A stretch of DNA of 63,958 nucleotides, the filler included, from Octopus bimaculoides (Eukaryota), in NCBI RefSeq assembly GCF_001194135.2. It is 7 parts of 6 records of this genome, joined end to end, with 100 filler letters (N's around TTAATTAATTAA, not from the genome) between each part and the next. Parts side by side here need not be neighbours in the genome. Positions count along the whole stretch, not along the records: positions 1 to 13,323 come from NC_068988.1; positions 13,424 to 22,621 come from NC_068983.1; positions 22,722 to 39,343 come from NC_068986.1; 4 more parts are not named here. One strand, written 5' to 3'. A program made the translations under genes and the position numbers. The notes below the pieces were generated by a model. It was given only the letters and a program-made list of their open reading frames with translations. It searched no databases and was not told where the DNA came from. Each line of letters begins with the position of its first letter. Position 1 is the first letter of the stretch. Below, piece after piece: positions 11,616-25,329 of the stretch.

Positions 11616-12099
11616 CCATATATGTTGGGGGGATGTCTTTGTACCAGTGTTTGCCCCACTACCACTACCGCTTGACAACCGGTGTTAGTGTGTTTACGTC
11701 CCTGGCAAAACAGACCGATAGAACAAATACCAGGCTTTAAAAAAAAATTATGAGTACTGGGGTCGATTCATACGACTGAAAATTCTTCAAGATAGTGCCC
11801 CAGTAATGATTGAAAACACATTGAATATAAGAGACATGATATATGTACACACACACAAATCAAAACGTTAGTTCGACATTTTACCAGGCTGTTTTCTTTA
11901 AATCAGTCTTACATTTCTGCTGTTTGGCAAGAAAAAAAGGACCCAAAAATGAGAAAAGACATCTATATAAAATTATAAAATTTAAGTATTTATTTTGATT
12001 TTCCGTCGGATCAATCAAGTTTTAGCTCAGTCAGGTTAACGTGTGGTTGGGACATGCGCTGTAGCGTCAGTGAGTGTCTGTGAATGTCTCTCTTAGACG

Positions 12100-12660
<561 letters not shown>

Positions 12661-13367
12661 ACATTATGTATTATTGTTATTATTATTAATGTAAATTTTT
12701 TTTTGTCTAATAGTACCTGTCAATTATATGACGATGGCATTTATAAAAAAGTTTCTGTATATTCGCTTCATTCATTCTATCTCAATAACAGTGTGTGGTT
12801 GCGTATGTATGTATATGCGTGTGCATTCAAGGGTGTAGATTTACATATATATGTACGTATGTGTTTGTATTTCTTCGTCCCTATATAAACATAAGTTGCA
12901 CACTTAGCTTCTGAATGATTGCTGTTACGGAAGTTGTGGACACTTTATGTCAAACACTCATATTTATTTAATGCAGGTAACAAAATTTTCAAAGGATATA
13001 CTTCGGAACCGAAGAATATTATTATATTTATTTATATTTGTTCCTTTTTGTCATTTACAGAAGATATTTTCAAATACGACTTCTTTACAATTTAGTGAAT
13101 ATATCATTTATGTGTAGAGGTGTGTGTGTATGTGTGTGTAAAAAGTTATTTTCATGTGAATCTAGTTTCGTTCCACAAATATTCAAAGATATGACAAGGC
13201 TGTGGTCTTTGGTGGAGGCATTTCAAGAATGAAAGAGGAAAATAACTAAGCAACATTTAAAAAATAGTCAACGATGGTTCTTATGAATTTATTATCCCCG
13301 TGAGATATGATGCATGCATATATNNNNNNNNNNNNNNNNNNNNNNNNNNNNNNNNNNNNNNNNNNNN

Positions 13368-13379
13368 TTAATTAATTAA
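13368..13379. other. Artificial scaffold linker TTAATTAATTAA (also 22666, 39388, 48703, 60027, 62149)
   Basis: Sits between N runs of fixed length (44 N + 12 + 44 N = 100 nt where counted) and has stops in all six frames. Confidence 0.95.
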
Positions 13380-13423
13380 NNNNNNNNNNNNNNNNNNNNN
13401 NNNNNNNNNNNNNNNNNNNNNNN

Positions 13424-13724
13424 AAGTGGCTGAGCACTCCACAGACACGTGTACCCTTAACGTAGTTCTCGGGGATATTCAGCGTGACACAGTGTGACAA
13501 GGCTGACCCTTTGAATTACAGGCACAACAGAAAACAGGAAGTAAGGGTGAGAGAAAGTTGTGGTGGAAGAGTACAGCAGGGTTCGCCACCATCCCCTGCC
13601 GGAGCCTCGTGGAATTTAGGTGTTTTCGCTCAATAAACACTCACAACGCTCGGTCTGGGAATCGAAACCGCTATCCTATGACCGCGAGTCCGCTGCCTTA
13701 ACCAATGGGCCATTGCGCCTCCAC
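13424..13724 (-). mobile_element. SINE family A copy
   Basis: Near-identical to 670-957. Confidence 0.85.
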
Positions 13725-14356
13725 AGCTAATAGAGAGATAAATAATAAACAGAACTTCCAAATTAAGTACAAACATCATCAAATGATTGATCAACAACTT
13801 GTTTTCGACAAACAGCTTACTGACAATTTTAACGTCAGCAAAAATATCAACCAATTAAATTCCCTAAATACATTTGCCAACGTAACGCGGATACAGACCA
13901 ATTAAGGTTGCTCAACCCTGATATAAGATTACTCTAACATCACCAGACCAAAGAAAGAAACGAAAAGCAAACAAGCAATCCAACTTATTTTGACAGCTAA
14001 CATTGTCAATCAAATATAAAGAACATCCATTAAAAATTCAGAATAGGGTATAGTCACAGAAATCCCTGTATTTCCCTATTTCTGAAAATCTTAAGAATTG
14101 AGAAATCGGTTAAATAATTGTAAAAAAAATTTCTTAAAGTGCATTTTCGACTTTCTTTTAAATACTTCTTACGCTTATGGAAACATCTTATTGTCCTGTG
14201 GGGGCGTATGTGTGTGCGCACGCTCATGAGCATGTATATTTGTGTGTATATATGTATATTATATATATATATTATATACACACATATAAATATATATATA
14301 AATTACGTCATGTGTAAACAAACATAAGTTTGTTTTTGAAGTGTTGAAATGTATTG

Positions 14357-14478
14357 TAGAACAAGTAGAAGGATATATTTTTCAACGCGTAAATACTGAT
14401 AGAACAGCATATATAGGATAAAATCCTATTAGAGCAGAAGAATTTACGCGTTGAAGAATATATCTTCTACTTGTTCTA
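14357..14478. repeat. Inverted repeat, ~38-bp arms, with an internal hairpin
   Basis: TAGAACAAGTAGAAGGATATATTTTTCAACGCGTAAAT vs ATTTACGCGTTGAAGAATATATCTTCTACTTGTTCTA. The spacer contains ATAGGAT-AAA-ATCCTAT. Confidence 0.85.
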
Positions 14479-15523
14479 TAAATATATATTTACATATATA
14501 TATAAATAAATAAATATATACTTATACACACATACACACACACACACACTAATATATACTTATTTTAATATTTTGCTTAGAGACAAATAACCTGGTAGAG
14601 AACTCAATATACGTATCGTCCAGAACACAATTATATATATATANNNNNNNNNNNNNNNNNNNNNNNNNNNNNNNNNNNNNNNNNNNNNNNNNNNNNNNNN
14701 NNNNNNNNNNNNNNNNNNNNNNNNNNNNNNNNNNNNNNNNNNNNNNNNNNNNNNNNNNNNNNNNNNNNNNNNNNNNNNNNNNNNNNNNNNNNNNNNNNNN
14801 NNNNNNNNNNNNNNNNNNNNNNNNNNNNNNNNNNNNNNNNNNNNNNNNNNNNNNNNNNNNNNNNNNNNNNNNNNNNNNNNNNNNNNNNNNNNNNNNNNNN
14901 NNNNNNNNNNNNNNNNNNNNNNNNNNNNNNNNNNNNNNNNNNNNNNNNNNNNNNNNNNNNNNNNNNNNNNNNNNNNNNNNNNNNNNNNNNNNNNNNNNNN
15001 NNNNNNNNNNNNNNNNNNNNNNNNNNNNNNNNNNNNNNNNNNNNNNNNNNNNNNNNNNNNNNNNNNNNNNNNNNNNNNNNNNNNNNNNNNNNNNNNNNNN
15101 NNNNNNNNNNNNNNNNNNNNNNNNNNNNNNNNNNNNNNNNNNNNNNNNNNNNNNNNNNNNNNNNNNNNNNNNNNNNNNNNNNNNNNNNNNNNNNNNNNNN
15201 NNNNNNNNNNNNNNNNNNNNNNNNNNNNNNNNNNNNNNNNNNNNNNNNNNNNNNNNNNNNNNNNNNNNNNNNNNNNNNNNNNNNNNNNNNNNNNNNNNNN
15301 NNNNNNNNNNNNNNNNNNNNNNNNNNNNNNNNNNNNNNNNNNNNNNNNNNNNNNNNNNNNNNNNNNNNNNNNNNNNNNNNNNNNNNNNNNNNNNNNNNNN
15401 NNNNNNNNNNNNNNNNATATATATATATATATAATTCAGATGTACAGAAAAACGAAAGACGAAGACAGGTGTAATAAAAACAAGCAGGTGTATTAGTTTA
15501 ACGCTCGGGAAAAATGGAAAAGT

Positions 15524-15560
15524 ATTTTACGTTTCGAACCAACGCTCTTCGACAGAAAGG
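15524..15560 (-). ncRNA. Minimal hammerhead motif, variant core CUGUCGA (family HH3)
   Basis: Minus strand: CCTTT CTGTCGA A GAGC GTTG GTTC GAAA CG TA AAAT. Lies in a repeat (15433-15620) homologous to 19225-19400. Confidence 0.55.
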
Positions 15561-15813
15561 AATAAGAGGGGTAAAAAAAGGAGAGAGAATGAAAAAAACG
15601 GAAAGAGAAAAAAGCTGTAGAGTTCAGCGGTCCAACATGGCATATAAAACTGTCATCTTAGAAAACCGAATACTACGTTATTATTCGAATACTGCGTCAT
15701 CAGAGACAAGGCGTATGTGCAATGACCTAAACCCTTTCCTATACTCTCTTTCTCTCTCTCTCTCTCCCTCCCCCTCTCCCCCTCTCTCTCTCACACACAC
15801 ACATACACACACA

Positions 15814-15853
<40 letters not shown>

Positions 15854-16249
15854 GCGACAGGCTTCCACACAGTTTCCGTCTGGCAGATTCACTCATGAGG
15901 CATTAGTTAGCCCGAGTTTATAGTAGAAGTCACTTACTTGCCCAAGGTACTGCGCAATGGAACTGAACCGGAAACCACGTGGCTGCAAAGCGAGTTTCCT
16001 TATCTCAAAGCTAAGCCTACGATGAAGTTAAAATTACAAACGAGCAAAATACTGAAGTATGAAAACTCCTTTTTTTTAAATATAATTCAGTAAGGCGAGA
16101 TGGACTGCGCCCATGACCCTTTACAGGGCATCTAGGATTATTGGAAGTGATGAAGGCATGCTCAAACTGAAGACCAAGTCCGTATGCTTGCAACAGAATG
16201 GACTCCAGTAAAGATATCCAAGGTGTCAGGTTGACAGATTATGTCTACT

Positions 16250-16490
16250 ATTCATGTAAACCATAGTGGGATTTGAACTCAGAATGCAAGGAGCCCGTAC
16301 AAATGCCGCAAAACATCCGATCCAAAGTTCTTGCAACTCTGCCAATCTGGACTGATACGTCATTATCGATCCCGAAAGGATGTAAGATTAAGTTGACTTC
16401 GGCGGGATTTGAACTCAGAACGCAGCGAGTTGGAACGTATATCACGAGACATTTCATCTGGCGCTTTAACAACTGTCAATTCACCGCTTG
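16250..16490 (-). mobile_element. Two SINE family C heads in tandem
   Basis: GGGATTTGAACTCAGAA occurs twice (~16268 and ~16405). Confidence 0.7.
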
Positions 16491-16951
16491 AAACAAAAGT
16501 TTGGAATGAATGAAGAAGATAGAATGAGAATTTGTTTGCAAGAGAATTTTCATATATAATGATATGAGGTTATTGACCAGAGCATATTTTACTTCCTCCA
16601 AACAAATTATTTTCACCAAAAACACATCTCTAATCCACACTGCATTTTTATAAACTGATTTGTCATTGGTGGTGATTAAACTTACCAGGATCGTCGAGAA
16701 TTAACATTTCGATTGCTTTGATTAGAGAGTTTCGGTCGCTTAATATAATTCTTTGTGTTTATCCAACATCATTAAGGTGTATTGGCCTCTTGAATAAATA
16801 AAATATAAGTATTATAGATATTTCGCTTAGGTATTGCGAGACGAATAATCTGGTGTAGAACTCAATATAAGTATGTTTCAGTATGTGTTAGACGAGTATA
16901 GAGCGGTAATAAAAAGAGATGACAAAGGAAAAACGATGGTCATGTTATGAA

Positions 16952-17051
16952 CTTCAATAGCTTACAGATGTTTCTGCTATAAGATGCAGTGGACTCATAG
17001 TTGAGTGCCTGAATAGCATCCTGTAGTTTCATCGGAGCCTCGAATATGAAG
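16952..17051 (-). ncRNA. Hammerhead motif, variant core CCGAUGA (family HH4, left arm)
   Basis: Inverted copy of 17194-17293 with a few substitutions. Confidence 0.6.
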
Positions 17052-17193
17052 TGCAATTTATTTGGGAAAAAAGAATTACATCTGTGCAATATACAGGGAA
17101 GGCATTATCAGTGATGACTTTTCACTGGTAATTCCTTTCCTTATATAGATATATATATGCACAAATTTAATTCTTTTTCCCAAATAAATTGCA

Positions 17194-17293
17194 CTTCATA
17201 TTCGAGGCTCCGATGAAGCTATAGGATGCTATTCAGGCGCTCAACTATGAGTCCACTGCATCTTATAGCAGAAACATCTGTAAGCTATTGAAG
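17194..17293 (+). ncRNA. Hammerhead motif, variant core CCGAUGA (family HH4, right arm)
   Basis: CTTCA TATTCGA GGCT CCGATGA A GCTATAGGATGC..GCATCTTATAGC A GAAA CATCTG TA AGCT AT TGAAG. 12-bp stem II, split stem I, GUA site after 17282. Confidence 0.65.
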
Positions 17294-17338
17294 TTCATAA
17301 CATAACATTCATTTTTCTTTTGTCATTTCTTTTTATTA

Positions 17339-17464
<126 letters not shown>

Positions 17465-17876
17465 AACATCTGTAAGCTATTGAAGTTCATAACATAACAT
17501 TCATTTTTCTATTGTCATTTCTTTTTATTATAGATAGCAGTGAGTGGAGCGATGCCAACCTAATATAAAATGTTCAAGATTCATTTCCTCGAACAACTAG
17601 GGCGCTTATTCAGTGATGCGACTTGGAGTAACATCTGACGCCCTCATTCAGGGCAGCCTAGCCAAGGTTGATCAAAGCCCGTTTTGTGTCCCAACGGAAT
17701 CAGTCAATAGATCGGCTGATGGCTTTGTCTGCAGCTCCACTTGCAAATGAGTGGTTCGTATCTTTTCCGCTTTTGTAAAGGCCAGTCAATTGAAGACTTT
17801 GTAGATTAAAATATATTCGGATTCAGTGTTTTTTTTCAAAAAAAGAAGAAAAAATGAATGACAACTGATTAAGAGA

Positions 17877-18846
17877 TTAATAACCTTGATAATCAGCCAA
17901 AAACTGAAGCAAGTGCGATTTCAGGTCATCATCATTATTGAAAGTTTTACCATTCAAAGAATTTTGCAAACTTCGAAATAGATTGTAATGTAATGGTGCA
18001 AGGTTAGGACTATATGTTGGACGTGACATCACTTCACAACCAAGCTCCAATAATTTTTCACGAGTTAGCAAAGATGTGTGTGGTCTAGCGTTGTCATGGT
18101 GGAACACGATTCCTTTACGATTTGCCAATTCTGGTCGTTTTTTTTTTTTGATTGCTTCCTCCAGTTTCATTAGTTGTTGACAGTAAACATCTGAATTGAT
18201 CTTTTGGTTCCTTGGAAGCAGCTCAAAATACACAACACCTTTGTAATCCCACTAAATTGACAGCATGACCTTTTTTTGATGCAATTCAGCTTTCGATATG
18301 GTTTGTGCTGGTTCATAACGCTTGAACCATGATGGCTTTCGATCGATGTTATTGTAGGCAATCCATTTTCCACCCCCACCCCGTGATGATTCGTTTCCCA
18401 AAAAAAAGGTCGATTTCATTGCGTCTGAGATGCATATCGCAAATATTGATTCGTTGTATTAAGTGAATCCCTTTCAATTTATGTGGAACCCAAACATCGA
18501 GTTTTTTAATGAGTCCAAGACATTTTAAGTGATTTTCAATTGTTGTGTGTGATACATTTAACCTCTCTGGAATCTCTCGCATAGTTATATGACAATCAGA
18601 TTCAATTACGGCTTTGATTCGGTTATATTCAACTTCAGCAGGTCGACCAGAACGTTAGTCATCTTTGAGTGAAAAATCTCCAGAACGGAATTTTTTACGC
18701 CATTTCTGACATGTGCGTTCTGTTAAGCAATCAACATCATAAACTTCACATACCATTATACCATTTTGTGATCCTCAGCAGCTTTCTTGCCTTTACGGAA
18801 ATAAAAAAAGCAAAATATGGCGAAAATGTTCGTTTTTGCACTCCAT
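17877..18846 (-). pseudogene. Mariner DD34D transposase pseudogene
   Basis: ORF-track fragments 17877-18233 and 18349-18582, plus the N-terminus in other frames. Confidence 0.92.
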
Positions 18847-19022
18847 GTTAAAATTGACACTGAATGAACAGCTGTAAACAAAATTATGCGCAATTCGCTT
18901 CTAAGAGTAACGGTTATAAAATGTCAAAAGGAAAAATTATAACATTGAGAAAAATCATTAAAAAGTAAAAACAACTCGTAACTCTATTTGCGAAAAACGA
19001 AATTACTTTCTTGCCAACCTAA
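17877..19022 (-). mobile_element. Mariner transposon (mellifera-like), defective, 3'-truncated
   Basis: TA + TIR TTAGGTTGGCAAGAAAGTAATTTCG at 19022. ATG at 18846 gives MECKNEHFRHILL... WVPHKL (WVPHEL motif), HHDNARPH, and YSPNLAPLHY (the third catalytic D is replaced). Several frameshifts; second TIR not seen. Confidence 0.95.
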
Positions 19023-19187
19023 TATTTTAGTTCAAGATGAAATATTGTTCACGCTAATTCACATGGCGCTTTCATGTTTTCTTATACGATCTTGTGTAAT
19101 TTGAAAGTTAATAAGAAAATATTTGTTTGTGAAATCTTTCGCCTGAACCATAACCACTAATTCCAATTTTGAATATGAAATTTTCTT

Positions 19188-19220
<33 letters not shown>

Positions 19221-19310
19221 GGGAGAATATACAAAAAATAACAACAGACGAGGACAGGTGGTGTAAATAACAAAAGTATATATTAGTATGACGCTCGGGA
19301 ATACGGAAAG

Positions 19311-19347
19311 TCTTTGACGTTTCGAGCTACGCTCTTCAACAGAAAGA
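19311..19347 (-). ncRNA. Minimal hammerhead motif, variant core CUGUUGA (family HH3)
   Basis: Minus strand: TCTTT CTGTTGA A GAGC GTA GCTC GAAA CG TC AAAGA. 5-bp stem I, perfect stem II, palindromic ACGT stem III, GUC site. Confidence 0.65.
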
Positions 19348-19397
19348 ATACGGAGACAAGGAGAAAAACACGGAGAAAAAAAATTGAATAGTGTTCA

Positions 19398-20759
19398 GTC
19401 GGCGTAGCTCGGGTTAAAGAGAATAATGAAATTTTAAAAACGCCGTCTACATTACGCAGGTCTCACTCAACTGCTAGTAGCTGAGATACCAACTTTCTAC
19501 ATTAATAACTCTCCAACACATGCCAGCATGGAACATAGACATTAGCTGAAATGTTAAAAGAAAGTCTTCAAAAAAAATCCTTAAAAAACACGTTTTGTGT
19601 AGCTTATTTCGTAACCAAAAAACAAGTACAGATTATAAACAATGGAAAGCCGATTTTGGTGATTCATTTGACAGAGGTAGTAGAGAGCCAATCCGATGAT
19701 ACACCTCACCTTCGATCTTGAAAGTTTGCATGAATCCTGGCTTAGTTAAATCTCTTGTGGCTCCAAGTAATGTCATCTGTAGTGCAGCGTTGTATTGCCT
19801 AATTTTGTTTTGGAAGTGCTTGGAACCTTGGTTAGTTGATGACAACAGTTTCTTCAATGACTCTGGAGGTTGGGGATTGCAGGGAGTTTAACCTTTCCAT
19901 CACTGCAGCACAGTGCAGGTGTCTCTCTGGTCACTTTCTGGCCTTACAATGTATGCACTCAGTTGTCATTGCACCAATGGAAACTCTAGTGTCATCTGCA
20001 CAATGAACTGCTGGATCATAATTGAAAGCTGCTTCATAGAAGTTACTTCTCTGAGCTGTTGCAACTGCTCTTCATTCTGCAGTGGAAATCCTATTCCTTG
20101 TCAGTCGTGCAAACCTCTGTTCATCACTTTGAGATGCTCTGGCTTTTGTAGTGCACGGTCTGTTAATTTCTTGGTCTACTTCCCTTTCTGCATCTGTCTC
20201 TCTCTCGCTGGACAGAAACATTCTTTTGGCTGACCTTGACAAATTTGACACTTTCCTTCTAGGCATGGTTATATACGTATACAGGGGTGCAGAAGATAGT
20301 AAACAATGAAAATAACTGGGTAACGGAAATTATATTTCTTAATGTGATGGGCAGAAAATAAATAAGAAATTTTTTACAGAAAATAAAGAATTGTATGGGT
20401 TGAAGCGAAATTTCTCAGAGAACCAAAGAACCAGTATGGAAGGAACTAGAAAAAAGCCGTTAACAACAGAAAAGCACAAAACCATTGCAAAAGTAAATAA
20501 GAAATTTGTTGGCAAATTTAACGAAGTGTACGGATTGAAGTGAAAGTTTTGAAGTTACTTTTGTCAGTGAAAGTTTTGAAGTTACTTTTGTCAGTGAAAG
20601 TTTTGAAGTTACTTTTATTTTCATGAGTAATTGTGAACTTCTTTCTGTCAGTAATTTGTCGTTGTTGTTTGTAAATAGCGATTGAATACTTACAGTGGAA
20701 TAGCGTCTGAAAAATGAAAGTGAAAACAATAGAGAGTGAGATATAGTGAGGGAGAGAGA

Positions 20760-20840
<81 letters not shown>

Positions 20841-21277
20841 AGTTAGACAAATAAGATATAGATACATAGATAAAATATAAACAGATAGATGTAGAGAGAC
20901 AAATAGATATAGAGATGGATATATATATAGAGAGAGAGAGAGATAAAGAGATAGAGAGAGAGAGATAAAGAGATAGAGATAGATAGAGAGAGATGGATAG
21001 AGAGATATAGGTGTCACTGAGGCAAGAAAACTGAAAGTAAATAGTTTTAAAAACTTTCAAAGGCGTGAATCTAATATAGAAAGCAATATTTTTATGACCA
21101 ATAGATGTATTTTCTGCCCCCAATGGACCCGTTACTCATTATGTGAAATTTTTTAAGAGTCTAAAACCATTCCTGAAACATAAGTAATGTATGTTCCCGG
21201 TTTGGAGAAAATCAGTTGAGAAATACTGCCATTATAATATTTTATACACATAGACAGAACGGGATTTATAATATATA
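19398..21277 (-). mobile_element. Internally deleted Helitron-like element
   Basis: Rep N-terminal remnants MPRRKVSNLSRSAKR.. (20266), AFNYDP..IGAMTTECIHCKARK, and KIRQYNAALQMTLLGA..GFMQTFKIEGEVYHRIGSLLP (19857-19640). Hairpin-like GGCGTAGCTCGGG at ~19400. Boundaries inferred; the RepHel core is absent. Confidence 0.75.
20539..20617. repeat. 27-bp tandem repeat x3 (AGTGAAAGTTTTGAAGTTACTTTTGTC) inside the Helitron
   Basis: Direct reading. Confidence 0.95.
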
Positions 21278-21960
21278 NNNNNNNNNNNNNNNNNNNNNNN
21301 NNNNNNNNNNNNNNNNNNNNNNNNNNNNNNNNNNNNNNNNNNNNNNNNNNNNNNNNNNNNNNNNNNNNNNNNNNNNNNNNNNNNNNNNNNNNNNNNNNNN
21401 NNNNNNNNNNNNNNNNNNNNNNNNNNNNNNNNNNNNNNNNNNNNNNNNTGTAAAAAAAAATTGGCATTACTGTTATTATTTTGCATTATTATTATTATTT
21501 CGACATAGCTTTGAAATAACGTGCTTTGAAGTTTAGCGTTATTGCGTGACATCTAAGACAATGGTCTTCTATTATAGCCCCAGGCCGACCAAAGATTTGT
21601 AAATGAATATACCTGACAGAAACTGCGTGGATGTCCATTGTATATATGCGCGCGCGCGTGTGTATTTGATAACTAGTGTTGATTTATTTACGTCCCCGTG
21701 GCTTTGCAGATCGGAAAAAGGAACCAATAGAATAAGTACTAGACTTTAAAAAAAGAAGTACATCGTCGATTTCTTCGGCTAAACATTCAAGATGGTGGCC
21801 CCAGCATGGTTGCAATCCAATGATTGAAACAAGTAAAGGATAAAAGATTCTTTGAGGGATTGTATCAGGTTATGAGTTTAGATATCCTCAAAGTTTTATT
21901 TGATAAATAAATCATGTCGAATTATTTTATGTTTAAGCTATCATTGTTTAAATAACGTAC

Positions 21961-22104
21961 CAGTATATTTAAAATCAACATGGTTTTTGGCATGCGGGGT
22001 CCGAAGAAAGAAGTTGTACCTATTGCATTCACAGACCTTCCAAGAAACGGCGAGATCAATGTCATCAATATTCTGCTCAAACTGATTCAAGCTAATTGAA
22101 ATCG
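21961..22104 (-). CDS. Candidate internal exon of an unidentified host gene (phase 1-1)
   Basis: Acceptor ctgtattattcatag, donor CTG|gtacgt, 144 nt open: (A)ISISLNQFEQNIDDIDLAVSWKVCECNRYNFFLRTPHAKNHVDFKYT(G). No homology recognised. Confidence 0.3.
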
Positions 22105-22489
22105 CTATGAATAATACAGCAACTTCGGCGCGTTTCAGTTTTTTTTATACGTTTGTTTAGATTTAATATATATACAAAAACATAACATTTTTGGATTGGC
22201 AAACATACAAATATAACATATTTGTATTTGAATGTATGTATTGTGTTATGTGTATTAGCTTATTGCATTTAGAAGCCAATACGAATATTCATAAATCCAG
22301 TTTTCTGTTGGCGTAAAAATAGCAGGACAATTATGTTTTTGAGATATTAAACCATTTTCTTTCGTATATTAATTTCCTTGATTGAAACTATATTTAATAG
22401 ATTCGTCTTGTTATTTTCTACCCAGTTTCTTTTTCTTCTTTCCTTATCTTTCTCCACCTCTTCTAACTGTTTTCTTTTATCTTCATTAC

Positions 22490-22539
22490 CTGTTTCAAGA
22501 TCAAATAAACTGCTGTTGGCTTGCCAGTCAATCATACGG
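22490..22539 (-). CDS. Candidate small exon (phase 2-1)
   Basis: Strong donor CAG|gtaatg, weak acceptor. Peptide RMIDWQANSSLFDLET. Phases fit its neighbours. Confidence 0.2.
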
Positions 22540-22578
22540 CTAATACGGCAATTATCAGGTTCTTTCTTTCTTTCGTTA

Positions 22579-22621
<43 letters not shown>

Positions 22622-22721
22622 NNNNNNNNNNNNNNNNNNNNNNNNNNNNNNNNNNNNNNNNNNNNTTAATTAATTAANNNNNNNNNNNNNNNNNNNNNNN
22701 NNNNNNNNNNNNNNNNNNNNN

Positions 22722-22756
<35 letters not shown>

Positions 22757-23484
22757 ATATATGTATTTGAAAACATTGTATGGAGACAAGCACTCATAGA
22801 AACAAATTGACCTCAGTTTAATTACACATGCACTCACGCGCGCACACTTATATATATTGAACACAGTACTAAAAACAATTGCACAACAGATAGAAAAATT
22901 GAAACACATTACAGATAAATTAATAACAATCTAATAGCACAGTATTTTCTCTCACCCGAAGTAATATCTAAATGTGCGGTTCTGTGATTAAAGGCATTCT
23001 CACCATGTCATTCTACCATTTATTCAAACACTGTGTGACATTATCCAATATATCTTTTTTCTAAGGAGTTGTACAGTGATTGAGGGTGATTTGGCTACTA
23101 TTTGTAGCAGGTAGAGTAAACAGGAAGTCTCCAACATTGAACGCTTATTTAGACTGGTGGTAGACTGAACCACTTCCGTGTGCTGCTATTCTAGACATAA
23201 AATGTATCTTTGGCTAATATTTGGCTGCTATTTAGAAGAGGTCAGACTTACAGTGAATAGTCTCCCTTAGTTTGCCCAGATAGGTGACAGACGTCACCAG
23301 CTCCGTTTTCTCACTTTTGTAAAGCGAACAACGTAAATATATCTAACATTCGTTTGAGGTCATCTTCTTTATCATTTTGAATATACGATATGACCTCGAG
23401 AAAACGAAGAAATCATAGAAAAATAAAAGACAAAATGAAAGCAAAGAAAGAAACCGAAACAAACCCAAGAAAAATCATCAAGGG

Positions 23485-23556
<72 letters not shown>

Positions 23557-23916
23557 GTATAGGCTGAAGGAATTAGGCAAAGGAACGACCCAATATTAAT
23601 AGGCAGACTTCAAATTGTGAGCTATTTTTATGTAAAAACAGAAGAGCAATATTCGAGCGTAAAGTTAACGTGGCTTGAGGAATAATTCTAAAAAGGGAAG
23701 GAAAGAAGTAATTGCCCATAACCCATATATCTATCACCTTCCTCTTCCCACAATATTGTATCTATTGCATTCTTTCTCTCCCCTTAATTTTGGTTCGACA
23801 ATAATAGAACACAATTGGCAGGTTATTAGATATAGTTATCGTAATTAAATGTTCTATTCAGGGAGAATTTTGCACATTGGCTAGTAGCAATACAGAACGA
23901 GAATCTGCCTGCCTGT

Positions 23917-23965
<49 letters not shown>

Positions 23966-24626
23966 GTCACTTACATTTCTCTTTATATAAGCGTATAATA
24001 CCCAAACGCGCATACAAGTATGTATGTGTGTGAGTGTATGTGTGAGTGTATGTGTGTATATGGATATATTTATATATACGCATGTACTTGGTTTGTGTAT
24101 GTATGTGTGTTTACGTAAATACATATATTCACGTGTATATATATATGTATGCATATATATATATACATGTATATATATGTATATATGTATATATATATAT
24201 GTATATATATGTATATATACATACATACGTACATANNNNNNNNNNNNNNNNNNNNNNNNNNNNNNNNNNNNNNNNNNNNNNNNNNNNNNNNNNNNNNNNN
24301 NNNNNNNNNNNNNNNNNNNNNNNNNNNNNNNNNNNNNNNNNNNNNNNNNNNNNNNNNNNNNNNNNNNNNNNNNNNNNNNNNNNNNNNNNNNNNNNNNNNN
24401 NNNNNNNNNNNNNNNNNNNNNNNNNNNNNNNNNNNNNNNNNNNNNNNNNNNNNNNNNNNNNNNNNNNNNNNNNNNNNNNNNNNNNNNNNNNNNNNNNNNN
24501 NNNNNNNNNNNTATATATATACACACAAGCACATACATATATGTGTGTGTGTTTGTGTGTGTGTATGGCGAGTGCGTGTAAATGTGAGTAGAAATAGATA
24601 GATAAAAAGAGAAAGAGATAGATAGG

Positions 24627-24696
<70 letters not shown>

Positions 24697-25049
24697 GAAA
24701 CGGATTGACACATGACACATCTTTGCATATTCATTCATACACTGTAAGTTAAATATTTTTATAACTTAGATGCGCTTATTATGCATAATTATGCTCAATA
24801 TAAAAATCGACATTTATTGAAAATTCATTATTTTTAAAATCATTATCAATCCTTCACACACATCACGAAAGTCATTTGTCGTGGATTTCTGCAGGAATAA
24901 AATGCAGAATATATGATCCTGCATTTCTGGTGTGCAGCGATGCAGCTTCTGGAATCAGTGTTGTGCTATTTCTGAATTTATTACCGAAAAATATTTCAAA
25001 AATACATATTCTATATTGTATAACTAAAATGTACTTTCTCCTCTTTCTA

Positions 25050-25255
25050 CTGTTTTATTTGTTTCAGTCATTTGACTGCAGCCATGCTGGAGCACCACCT
25101 TTAGTCGAACAAATCGACCCAAGGATTTATTTTTTGTAACCCTAGTACTTATTTTATCGGTAACTTTTGCCGAAACGTTAAGTTACGGGGACGTAAACAC
25201 ACCAACATCGGTTGTCAATCGATGGTGGAGGACAAACACAGGCACACAAACATAT
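25050..25255 (-). mobile_element. SINE family B 3' half
   Basis: GTTTCAGTCATTTGACTGCAGCCATGCTGGAGCACC... Confidence 0.85.
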
Positions 25256-25329
25256 ACATACATACGTAACGCGACCCATAAAACTAACACACTCTTAGTT
25301 CGGTTTCTTTATTATATGAAACTGATATA

